From a virus, in IMG/VR virus record IMGVR_UViG_3300045988_144476: a DNA stretch of 64,000 bases; one strand, 5' to 3'. How positions within the stretch are numbered: position 1 is the first letter of the stretch; every line of letters begins with the position of its first letter. A program made the translations under genes and the position numbers. The notes beneath the pieces are model-generated. The model was not told the DNA's origin. It saw nothing but the letters and a program-made list of their open reading frames with translations, and did not search any database. Below, in pieces: positions 26,836-34,784 of the stretch.

Positions 26836-26906
26836 TTAATCAGGCTATGTATGATGACATCTAGGAGGCGCATCGCCTCCATATGTCATCTCCAGAGCCT
26901 GATTAA
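26836..26906 (+). ncRNA. GC-rich three-tier hairpin (element B1)
   Basis: Three stacked stems: ttaatcaggct/agcctgattaa, atgacat/atgtcat and ggaggcg/cgcctcc (3-nt loop). Confidence 0.5.
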
Positions 26907-26926
26907 TATGAAACATTTATAGAATT
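26906..26926 (+). repeat. conserved 21-nt box, copy 4 (ATATGAAACATTTATAGAATT)
   Basis: Follows hairpin B1 directly. Confidence 0.8.
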
Positions 26927-27050
26927 ATATACGAATATACAGAATGGAAATAATTACCAGAATTTCCAGAAATTACATGTTATTCCGATTTATCGGATAG
27001 TGTATAATGGTATTATATACCAAAAACGAAAATATGTTCGATTTTTTATA

Positions 27051-27079
27051 TTGAAAATGTTTTTGTAATATGGTATAAC
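27051..27079 (+). promoter_or_regulatory. sigma70-like promoter
   Basis: TTGAAA, 17-nt spacer, TATAAC, with a TGn extended -10. It lies 50 nt upstream of the CDS at 27129. Confidence 0.5.
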
Positions 27080-27128
27080 AATATTAATTTAAGCAAACAC
27101 ATGTTCGAAAAATCGGGAGGAATGCAGC

Positions 27129-27398
27129 ATGAGAAAAAAGACAACATTCGTGGTAATAACCAAAAGTAATAGAGTAAAGGAAATCGTGTCTTTGGAAAGT
27201 CAAGATGATGCAATAAGTTATGTTGAAGAGAAATATTTATATTACATAAAAACGGTTCCAAGATATGATTATAAAAACTCGTTTATTAAAGATGATCGAA
27301 GTCTTGCAGTTGTATCAGCTGGAATATTTAGTGTAAAGATTATGATCTATCAGGGAAATGTTCAAAAGATAATGTCTGGATGGAAAGACAAGAAATAA
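27129..27398 (+). CDS. hypothetical protein (89 aa)
   Basis: RBS gggagg upstream. Confidence 0.6.
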   Translation: MRKKTTFVVITKSNRVKEIVSLESQDDAISYVEEKYLYYIKTVPRYDYKNSFIKDDRSLAVVSAGIFSVKIMIYQGNVQKIMSGWKDKK

Positions 27399-27410
27399 GT
27401 TGATATTAGA

Positions 27411-27443
27411 AGATCAGTACTAATTGGTACTGGTCTTTTTTTA
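27411..27443 (+). terminator. rho-independent terminator
   Basis: 10-bp stem agatcagtac/gtactggtct, then T7. Confidence 0.8.
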
Positions 27444-27466
27444 TTACAGAAAAGGAGTTTGATAAC

Positions 27467-28135
27467 ATGATGGAAAGAGAAGTAATAGTTTCAATTAAAG
27501 ATTGTGAGAAAATTACAGGATTACATTTTACATTAAATCATCAGGGTAAGATGAAAGGTATGCAGAGCTTATCAACTAGCTGCACATGTAATGAACATTG
27601 TAAAAGCAGATCAAAAAATACATCAACGGTATGCTCTCATTGTTATGCTCAGAGACAAATGAAAATATATAAAAATCTTGAAAAGTGTTTGATCAAGAAT
27701 ACGAAGATTCTTACAGAACAGGTTATCTCAAAAGAAAATTTGCCAATTATTAATGCGTTATATTTTAGACTTGAAGCATTTGGAGATTTAAATAATACAA
27801 CACAAGTAATTAATTATTTTAATTTATGTAAAAAGAATCCGGATGTCAAATTTGGATTATGGAGTAAAAATTTATGGTTGATTGAAGCTGCAATTAATGA
27901 TGGAAATTCCAAACCCAAAAACTTGCAGATCATTTATAGTATTCCTTTTCTAAATGATCGAAATGATAATATTTTTATTTTATATCCTTTTGTTGATAAG
28001 ATTTTTACAGTATTTGAAAAAAATTTTATTAAGAAAAATGATATAGAAATTAATTGTGGGGCTAAGAGCTGCTTATGTTGTGGAAAATGTTATAAGAAAA
28101 ACAAAGTAAAGTATATAAACGAGCGTCTTAAATAA
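27467..28135 (+). CDS. Cys-rich (metal-binding?) hypothetical protein (222 aa)
   Basis: Cys clusters STSCTCNEHC, VCSHCY and CLCCGKC; RBS aaaggag. Confidence 0.65.
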   Translation: MMEREVIVSIKDCEKITGLHFTLNHQGKMKGMQSLSTSCTCNEHCKSRSKNTSTVCSHCYAQRQMKIYKNLEKCLIKNTKILTEQVISKENLPIINALYFRLEAFGDLNNTTQVINYFNLCKKNPDVKFGLWSKNLWLIEAAINDGNSKPKNLQIIYSIPFLNDRNDNIFILYPFVDKIFTVFEKNFIKKNDIEINCGAKSCLCCGKCYKKNKVKYINERLK

Positions 28136-28147
28136 TGATTTAATCAA
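28134..28147 (+). repeat. intergenic motif copy AATGATTTAATCAA
   Basis: Exact copy overlapping a stop codon. Confidence 0.9.
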
Positions 28148-28184
28148 ATACATTGTATTGCAATCAGAAAGGATGTATTGTATA

Positions 28185-28754
28185 ATGAAAACAGCAAAAG
28201 GATATAAATTATTTAGAATATTGAAATCACAGCCAGGTAAATTATTTCCACTTTATGTTTATGCAACAGAAGAAATCCCTATTGGAGAATGGCTTAAAGC
28301 TAAAGAAGGACAAAAGACAGAAAATGGAAAGGTTAAAAGTAAACTTGGACCATTAAGATTTAGACCTGGGTTTCATATTAATGATATAGCTCCATATGTT
28401 TCTCATATTGGAAAGAAGGTAAATGGAAAGATTTGCTTTATGAGGCCGGATACAGTATGGGCTGAAGTTGAATATTGTATTGATCATGATTATTGTGATG
28501 AGGCAAAACAAAATGGTTATTGGAATGATATATTTTATCCGGTAAGAGCTGATCTTGATTATATTCCTATGAATGGATTTTATCGGTATAAAACAAATCC
28601 TACAATGACTGGAGAATGGATTATTGCCGGTGAGATGAAAGTATTGAGGATTTTGAGTGATATAGAAGTGAAAGAGATTTGTGATGAAGTTGGATCTGCT
28701 TATCTTCCAAGAGAACATGAAATTGATTTAAGAGAATATGGTTTTGCTGCGTAA
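28185..28754 (+). CDS. hypothetical protein (189 aa)
   Basis: The ATG at 28185 follows aaagga. The track TTG start at 28158 is less likely. Confidence 0.6.
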   Translation: MKTAKGYKLFRILKSQPGKLFPLYVYATEEIPIGEWLKAKEGQKTENGKVKSKLGPLRFRPGFHINDIAPYVSHIGKKVNGKICFMRPDTVWAEVEYCIDHDYCDEAKQNGYWNDIFYPVRADLDYIPMNGFYRYKTNPTMTGEWIIAGEMKVLRILSDIEVKEICDEVGSAYLPREHEIDLREYGFAA

Positions 28755-28854
28755 TATAATGAAGAACGACAAATGGAGATTATAGATTTTATTTAATACC
28801 GGAGAAGGAATTTACGCAGCATGACAATGAAATAATAGTTTTGAGGTGAAAAAT

Positions 28855-29034
28855 ATGAAGCAATTATATATTGTTGTAGATATTCCAAGATATCCAGAGG
28901 ATAATCCATCTTATAAATATGTTGTAAGAGCAAATGATTATAAAGAAGCAATTGAAATAGTGAAAAGAAAAACTGGACGAGAATCATGGGAGTTTGATGC
29001 GGATTTAGCGGAAAATGATGAAGTGTGGGAGTAG
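28855..29034 (+). CDS. hypothetical protein (59 aa)
   Basis: ATG lies 7 nt after gaggtg. Confidence 0.55.
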   Translation: MKQLYIVVDIPRYPEDNPSYKYVVRANDYKEAIEIVKRKTGRESWEFDADLAENDEVWE

Positions 29035-29042
29035 ATGATTTT

Positions 29043-29306
29043 ATGGAACATGTGAATATATTTGAGACAAAAACAGATGAAGAACTGTTAACATTGTATG
29101 ATCAGTTTCTTGAAGCAGAGAAATGTGGTAGATTTTTCGATGGTAATGAACTTGGAAAAATTAAAAGAGAGTATAAAACTGATTTTGGTGCAAATACAGT
29201 ATTAATGCTACAAATAGAACTGACACATACCATAGCGGATAGATGGTACAAAAATAATTCAAAATGTACCGGAATGTGTTGCATGGAAAATATTGATGAA
29301 ATTTGA
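29043..29306 (+). CDS. hypothetical protein (87 aa)
   Basis: The internal ATG follows gggag. Confidence 0.55.
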   Translation: MEHVNIFETKTDEELLTLYDQFLEAEKCGRFFDGNELGKIKREYKTDFGANTVLMLQIELTHTIADRWYKNNSKCTGMCCMENIDEI

Positions 29307-29325
29307 CTTTTGATGGAGAAATTAT

Positions 29326-29478
29326 ATGTATGATAGAAATGAAATCAAACGGATAATCGATGAATCAGTATTTATGGCAAAGTATACTTGTATGATAAAA
29401 GATGATCATAAAAGAGAAACTATTGCAATTGAAGAAGTGAAAACACGATTGTATGACGCATTTGGAATCGAGGAATAA
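29326..29478 (+). CDS. hypothetical protein (50 aa), not in the ORF track
   Basis: RBS ggaga lies 6 nt upstream; fills a gap. Confidence 0.45.
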   Translation: MYDRNEIKRIIDESVFMAKYTCMIKDDHKRETIAIEEVKTRLYDAFGIEE

Positions 29479-29481
29479 AAT

Positions 29482-29670
29482 ATGACAGAGCAAGAGAAAA
29501 CAATATTAAAATATTTAGAAGAATCGTATTCCGGTGCAAAAATAATGCACGATGAAGAGTGTATGATCAGGATTGCAAGAGCTATGGATGCATTCAAAAC
29601 AGATCCTAATGTTGATGTAACGGAATATTTTACACAGAAATTTTTGAACGAGATTTATTCATTAAACTAA
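29482..29670 (+). CDS. hypothetical protein (62 aa)
   Basis: RBS gaggaa upstream. Confidence 0.55.
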   Translation: MTEQEKTILKYLEESYSGAKIMHDEECMIRIARAMDAFKTDPNVDVTEYFTQKFLNEIYSLN

Positions 29671-29683
29671 AGGTGGTTACAGT

Positions 29684-29908
29684 ATGCAAAATCCATATAA
29701 TTCAATGTCAAATGGTGATCTTTATATAATTTATAAAGATTATTTTCATTCAAAAGAGACTGGAAATAGATGTGAAAGTTTTGTACCATACGCAAAAGAA
29801 ATCAAAGAAAACATTGGTGGTGATTATACGCTGCGAGAAGGGATAGAAGAAGCTAAAAAAGATTTCTTTGAAGAAGTATGCAGAAGATTTTTTGAAAATA
29901 TGAGATGA
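29684..29908 (+). CDS. hypothetical protein (74 aa)
   Basis: RBS aaaggtgg upstream. Confidence 0.6.
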   Translation: MQNPYNSMSNGDLYIIYKDYFHSKETGNRCESFVPYAKEIKENIGGDYTLREGIEEAKKDFFEEVCRRFFENMR

Positions 29909-29932
29909 TTAAAATAAAAGGAGCGTGATTAA

Positions 29933-30145
29933 ATGGCAGGAAGAAGAGATTGGTATAATATTTCAACGTTTGTTTGCCCAGAGTGCGGTACGGAAATGCC
30001 GATTCCGAGATGGCATGGACATAGAAGAGAGAAAGGACATATTAAAGATTTATATTGTCCGAAATGTAAAAAGACACAGAAATTTAAGGAATTTAATAAT
30101 AAACAGTTTTATAAGACACTTGATGGTGAATTAATTAGTGCGTGA
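29933..30145 (+). CDS. zinc-ribbon protein (70 aa)
   Basis: CPECG...CPKCKK pattern; RBS aaggag lies 8 nt upstream. Confidence 0.6.
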   Translation: MAGRRDWYNISTFVCPECGTEMPIPRWHGHRREKGHIKDLYCPKCKKTQKFKEFNNKQFYKTLDGELISA

Positions 30146-30159
30146 GGAGGTAGGGAAAT

Positions 30160-31143
30160 ATGAGTTTTGTCAAAAAGAAGATCTGGTATACATGTGAAGA
30201 AGATCATAAATCTTTTCCTATTACGGAAGATTCTTTGCTACGATATAAAATAAATACACCGAAGGATATTTCGAAAGAAGGAAAAATTCTTATTGAAAAT
30301 TATCTTGGTGGAGTACATACAAGGTGGATATGTAGACCTTTCAATCCAGAAACTGATAAGAAGCCTGAACCCAATTATTATGTCCCGTTAAATCGTACAA
30401 TATCAAATAGAATCAAGGCAAAAATAGATCAGATGACTGAAGAAGAAAGGCAAAAAAATAATTGTTTTGCATGTTGTACAGAAGGTGAAGCAGCAGATGA
30501 TTTTCTAGAATATGTTAAAGAACAAGAAGAGTACTTTGCTAAAGAAAAATATATGTCATGTTATACTCCTCGTTCGACTTATGATAAAAAAGATTACAAT
30601 TTAGAAGAAAGGATATATGCCTGTGCTCTTGGAGTAAGAGAGTCTTGTGATAGAAATCATGTAACTTTACCTATGTGTGGCACACCGGCATTTAATGAAC
30701 TTGAAGAAATAATCAAAGATTACGATCCAAGATATCTTCATCCTAAGACAGATGATGATAGGTATAGCAAACTCTATAGAGATGCAAAGAAAGAAGCAAT
30801 AGCGAAAGGCAAAGATCCACAGAAAATTGATGTCATTCAGGAATATCAGAAAGATCGGAAACCGCAGACATCATTATCACCGGAAATGATTAGCAGGTTT
30901 GATAGAATGAGTGATTCTACATTAGCAATGTGGTGTAATTTCAGTAAGAACTGGGCTTGGGTAGTACCATGTTTATTCTTGTGCTTGTTCGTTAATAAGG
31001 GACTTATATCTGCAATTGTACTTATTGTATTAATGATTGCTGGCGAAGTTTATTCTTCAATGGTAAATGAATATGTCTCTGTGATTATTCCATGGTATAA
31101 GAAATCAGGACAGATGATGGAAAAGAGGATATTGAAAAAATGA
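30160..31143 (+). CDS. hypothetical protein with a C-terminal TM region (327 aa)
   Basis: RBS gaggagg; hydrophobic C-terminus. Confidence 0.65.
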   Translation: MSFVKKKIWYTCEEDHKSFPITEDSLLRYKINTPKDISKEGKILIENYLGGVHTRWICRPFNPETDKKPEPNYYVPLNRTISNRIKAKIDQMTEEERQKNNCFACCTEGEAADDFLEYVKEQEEYFAKEKYMSCYTPRSTYDKKDYNLEERIYACALGVRESCDRNHVTLPMCGTPAFNELEEIIKDYDPRYLHPKTDDDRYSKLYRDAKKEAIAKGKDPQKIDVIQEYQKDRKPQTSLSPEMISRFDRMSDSTLAMWCNFSKNWAWVVPCLFLCLFVNKGLISAIVLIVLMIAGEVYSSMVNEYVSVIIPWYKKSGQMMEKRILKK

Positions 31144-32120
31144 ATGGAAGATTAGAACATGAATTACAGACAAATGAACGTACAAAAAAATTATTAAAAG
31201 AATTGCCTGATTATGTTACATCATATTATATGCATATTCAATCTTCAAAAAGTGCTAATACTTGTTATACATATGTTAATACAGTAAAAAGATTTATGGA
31301 ATATATTGGAAATATGAATATTAATAATGTAACAGAAGATACTGTGCAAAAGTTCTTAGAATCTATTAAGTATATAAACAATAATGGAAAACTGCATAGA
31401 TCTTCAGTATCATATACAAAATTATCATGCAGTTCGCTTAGTTCATTTTTCTTATTTCTATATCGAAAGGGAATTATAGATAATAATCCAATGGAATTTA
31501 TTGAAATGCCAATAAGAAAGGATTCTGTAAAAAGAGTTTTTTTCTCAATGGATGATCTTCGTAGCCTTTTATTTACTGTAACAGATTCAAATAGAGGTAC
31601 ATATACATGGTTATTAAGAGATTATACAATTTTATATTTATTTATGGTTACAGGAATGAGAAAGACTGCATTAAGTGAAATAAACGTAGAAGATCTTGAT
31701 TTAAATAACAATATATTAAAAATTATTGACAAGCGAGATAAAGAACATATTTATATTCTTCCGGACGATGTAAAGAAAGTTCTTGCTAAATGGTTAGTAT
31801 ATAGACGTAGATATATGAATGAACAGAATTTTGAAATAGATGCATTATTTATTTCAAAAAAGCATAATAGATTAAGTCCTAATGCAATATATAAAACTGT
31901 AAGATATTATACTGAAAAAGCTTTTGGTAAAGCATACAGCCCTCATAAATTAAGAGCGGCTTTTGTCTCACTATATTATGAAGAAACACATGATATTGAA
32001 GCAGTAAGAGACGCTGTAGGACATGCTGATACACAAACAACCAGTCGATATATTGTTAAAAATAATAATCCAAGAAAAGAGGCAGCCAAGTTTATTTCAA
32101 ATGGTATACGAGGGAAATAA
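31140..32120 (+). CDS. tyrosine recombinase / integrase
   Basis: Catalytic signature in order: GMRKTAL (Arg), HKLRAAF (HxxR) and GHADTQTTSRY (His and Tyr). Confidence 0.85.
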   Translation: MNGRLEHELQTNERTKKLLKELPDYVTSYYMHIQSSKSANTCYTYVNTVKRFMEYIGNMNINNVTEDTVQKFLESIKYINNNGKLHRSSVSYTKLSCSSLSSFFLFLYRKGIIDNNPMEFIEMPIRKDSVKRVFFSMDDLRSLLFTVTDSNRGTYTWLLRDYTILYLFMVTGMRKTALSEINVEDLDLNNNILKIIDKRDKEHIYILPDDVKKVLAKWLVYRRRYMNEQNFEIDALFISKKHNRLSPNAIYKTVRYYTEKAFGKAYSPHKLRAAFVSLYYEETHDIEAVRDAVGHADTQTTSRYIVKNNNPRKEAAKFISNGIRGK

Positions 32121-32134
32121 TGAATCAGTAAGCT

Positions 32135-32148
32135 GATGAATTAATCAA
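32135..32148 (+). repeat. intergenic motif copy, variant (GATGAATTAATCAA)
   Basis: Lies between the integrase stop codon and a promoter. Confidence 0.75.
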
Positions 32149-32161
32149 ATAGTTGTTTCTC

Positions 32162-32190
32162 TTGACTTTTAAAAATATTACGTATATAAT
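32162..32190 (+). promoter_or_regulatory. sigma70-like promoter
   Basis: TTGACT, 17-nt spacer, TATAAT. Confidence 0.65.
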
Positions 32191-32222
32191 TAATCCATCA
32201 TAAGAAAGAGGTGACATTTAAA

Positions 32223-33479
32223 ATGTTAGTAGAAAGGTCAATAGTTGAGAAATATTTAAGAAGAGAATTTAATAAGCTCATTGTTTCTAATGTTAATCCT
32301 GTGGTTTTAATTAAATATGCTGAAAATAAATATAATATGAGAGGTGAAGATTTTTCTGATTATTATTCTGGAAGACTCTCTTTAGATCATGCAACAGAAT
32401 TTGAGCTTTATGTTATGGTTGATTCTCTACAAACGTATATGTCATCTATGGATAAACTTCCAAAATGGTTTACGAAAAGAGAAATAGATAACTTTAGTGT
32501 TACAAAATTCTCAAAAGAAAAACTTATTGAGTTTCCAATAACATTTGATATGTGCCAAATTGAAGATGATCAATGGGTTGGAAGAATTAATACGGATATG
32601 ATCAATAAATTGAGAATGGCTGCATTAATTAACTATAATGTTGATACTCAGAGAACTATGCAAAAAGTAATTAGGCATGGAAACACATTTTATCAAATTA
32701 AAGTTAATAAAAATGCAGTTAATGCTATCAAAGATGATTTTAAAGAAGGAACATATATTCCAAATACAATCACATTAAATATTTCACCTTCTGATGAAAA
32801 GGCAGATTTTTATTATGATAATAAAAATCATGAATTAGTAATCAATGATATTAGTGCTTTTGATATTATTGACGGATACCATAGATATTTGGCAATAGCC
32901 CAAGAGAAACTTGAGAATTCTGATTTTGATTATCCAATGGAATTACGAATTACAAATTTTGATATTGATAAAGCACAGAGATTTATTTTCCAGGAAGATC
33001 AGAAGACTAAGATGAAAAAAACGGATTCTGATTCTTATAATAATGCTTCGCCTCAAAACACAGTAGTTAATAGGCTCAATACAAATAGTGATTCAAATAT
33101 CAGAGGAATGATATCCCGTAATGATGGACTGATTAACTTTGGTGTTTTAGCGGATGCTATTAAAGCTATATATATTAGCAATTGTAATAAAAAAGATGAA
33201 AGAATCAAGGTAATCAATGTAACTAAAGAGCTTATTGAAGATTTTAATTTATTAACAGAAACAGATTTGTCATTTTTAAAAAGAAAATATACAAATGCTG
33301 ATATTTGTATAATACTTACATTATTTAAATATTATTCTGGCAAAGATAAATCTGATATGGTTGATACAATAAAATATGTATTAGATCATGTAGACGATTT
33401 TAACAGAACAATGTTTTATGGAAGAATGACAGTAAGGTCGCAAAATATAATTATAAAAAAGGCTATGGAAAGGAGTTAA
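32223..33479 (+). CDS. DGQHR/DndB-like (ParB superfamily) protein
   Basis: IIDGYHRYLAI (DGYHR at 32871-32885), followed by QRFIFQEDQ. The start was set to the ATG at 32223, 11 nt after aagagg. Confidence 0.65.
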   Translation: MLVERSIVEKYLRREFNKLIVSNVNPVVLIKYAENKYNMRGEDFSDYYSGRLSLDHATEFELYVMVDSLQTYMSSMDKLPKWFTKREIDNFSVTKFSKEKLIEFPITFDMCQIEDDQWVGRINTDMINKLRMAALINYNVDTQRTMQKVIRHGNTFYQIKVNKNAVNAIKDDFKEGTYIPNTITLNISPSDEKADFYYDNKNHELVINDISAFDIIDGYHRYLAIAQEKLENSDFDYPMELRITNFDIDKAQRFIFQEDQKTKMKKTDSDSYNNASPQNTVVNRLNTNSDSNIRGMISRNDGLINFGVLADAIKAIYISNCNKKDERIKVINVTKELIEDFNLLTETDLSFLKRKYTNADICIILTLFKYYSGKDKSDMVDTIKYVLDHVDDFNRTMFYGRMTVRSQNIIIKKAMERS

Positions 33480-33482
33480 AAT

Positions 33483-34421
33483 ATGTATAACGAACAGCAA
33501 AAGTCAAGATATTTAAAATTCCTTGAAAAAAATGAATCCGGTTCTGTTAATATGTATGAGTCGTGGCTATTTGTCAAAACTGAAAATTTTGAAATCAAGC
33601 TAAATAAGGATGTATATGATTTTACATTTGAAGAAATAATTTATATGTATAAAATGTTAAATTTTAGAAATATTAATACACTTTCTACTATAAATGTAAT
33701 GCTAAATCAATATACTAAATGGGCTATATCAGAAGGTTTAGTAAAGATTAATCAGAATGTTCCAGGATTAATGACCAGATATAATCTTGAAGAATGCATA
33801 AATAAAGCATTATTACAACTTAAAATTCTTTCACGCAAAGACATACTTGATATTGTTAATGAACTACAAAATCCAAGAGATCAGTTTATGATTTTAGGTG
33901 TATTTGAGTTCGGAAGAGGTCCTAATTTTTGCGATATAGCATTAACGGGATTAGATTCTATTGATTATAAAGATCAGACAATGAAGCTTTATAGTGGACG
34001 CATAGTAAAGGTGTCAGATAAACTAATAAATTATGCATATTCTGCTTCTGAAGCAGATGAGTATTTTAAGGAGGTAAACGGATGTTTAAGACACTATACT
34101 CTTTATGACAATGGAACCATAATTAAAAGTATATCAGATACTAATGATACAGAAAGGTTTTCTACCAATGCTTACAGAAGTGTTGCATATAATTTACGTG
34201 ATGTAGATCCGAATTTATCTATAAAGAATATAATTGAATCTGGAAAAATTCAGTTTATTAAAGACGATATGGAAAGATTAGGCATTGATGATTTAGAAGA
34301 GTATTTTTCTTCTCCTAAAAGTGCGGATAGAACAGAACGGATAGCAAGAATAGAAAATCAGTTTATGTGCTCTAAAATTATTGTCAAGAGATTTATAAAA
34401 ACATATGGTGATTGTTTTTGA
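33483..34421 (+). CDS. recombinase-like protein without a visible catalytic tetrad (312 aa)
   Basis: The layout resembles an integrase (SAM-like N-terminus plus a core), but I cannot find HxxR or a terminal Tyr motif. RBS aaaggag. Confidence 0.55.
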   Translation: MYNEQQKSRYLKFLEKNESGSVNMYESWLFVKTENFEIKLNKDVYDFTFEEIIYMYKMLNFRNINTLSTINVMLNQYTKWAISEGLVKINQNVPGLMTRYNLEECINKALLQLKILSRKDILDIVNELQNPRDQFMILGVFEFGRGPNFCDIALTGLDSIDYKDQTMKLYSGRIVKVSDKLINYAYSASEADEYFKEVNGCLRHYTLYDNGTIIKSISDTNDTERFSTNAYRSVAYNLRDVDPNLSIKNIIESGKIQFIKDDMERLGIDDLEEYFSSPKSADRTERIARIENQFMCSKIIVKRFIKTYGDCF

Positions 34422-34431
34422 TCACCATATG
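34402..34431 (+). terminator. perfect 11-bp hairpin overlapping a stop codon (terminator-like)
   Basis: Stem catatggtgat/atcaccatatg with loop tgtttttg; only a short T-run follows. Confidence 0.5.
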
Positions 34432-34446
34432 TTTAAAAAGATATAT

Positions 34447-34460
34447 AATGATTTAATCAA
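34447..34460 (+). repeat. intergenic motif copy AATGATTTAATCAA
   Basis: Exact copy just before an RBS. Confidence 0.9.
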
Positions 34461-34474
34461 AAGGAGAGAATAAA

Positions 34475-34756
34475 ATGGGAAGTGTAAAGAAAATTGAAAA
34501 AATTCTTGAGGAAGCGATTGAAGGAGAAACAAAGATGTCTCTATCAGTTTCTTTAAATGATGATTTTAATAGTCATATGATTTTAAATGCAGATGAAATT
34601 GAAATCATTAACGGAAATTTATTACAAATAAGTACCGATTATACAGAATGCTCGTTAAATTTAAATAATGCAAGTATTAATACATATAAAGAGCTGGATA
34701 ATGAAATAGTTGATATTGTGTTTGATAATTTAGTGGTATCATTGGGTATTCTGTAA
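34475..34756 (+). CDS. hypothetical protein (93 aa)
   Basis: RBS aaaggagag upstream. Confidence 0.6.
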   Translation: MGSVKKIEKILEEAIEGETKMSLSVSLNDDFNSHMILNADEIEIINGNLLQISTDYTECSLNLNNASINTYKELDNEIVDIVFDNLVVSLGIL

Positions 34757-34757
34757 T

Positions 34758-34771
34758 GATGAATTAATCAA
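34758..34771 (+). repeat. intergenic motif copy, variant (GATGAATTAATCAA)
   Basis: Lies between a stop codon and an RBS. Confidence 0.75.
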
Positions 34772-34784
34772 TAAGGAGAAAGAA

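Noticed and set aside
29925-30134. 69-aa ORF overlapping 29933-30145 in another frame.
   Set aside because: The competing frame has the RBS-spaced ATG and a clear zinc-ribbon pattern (CPECG/CPKCKK). This frame has neither.
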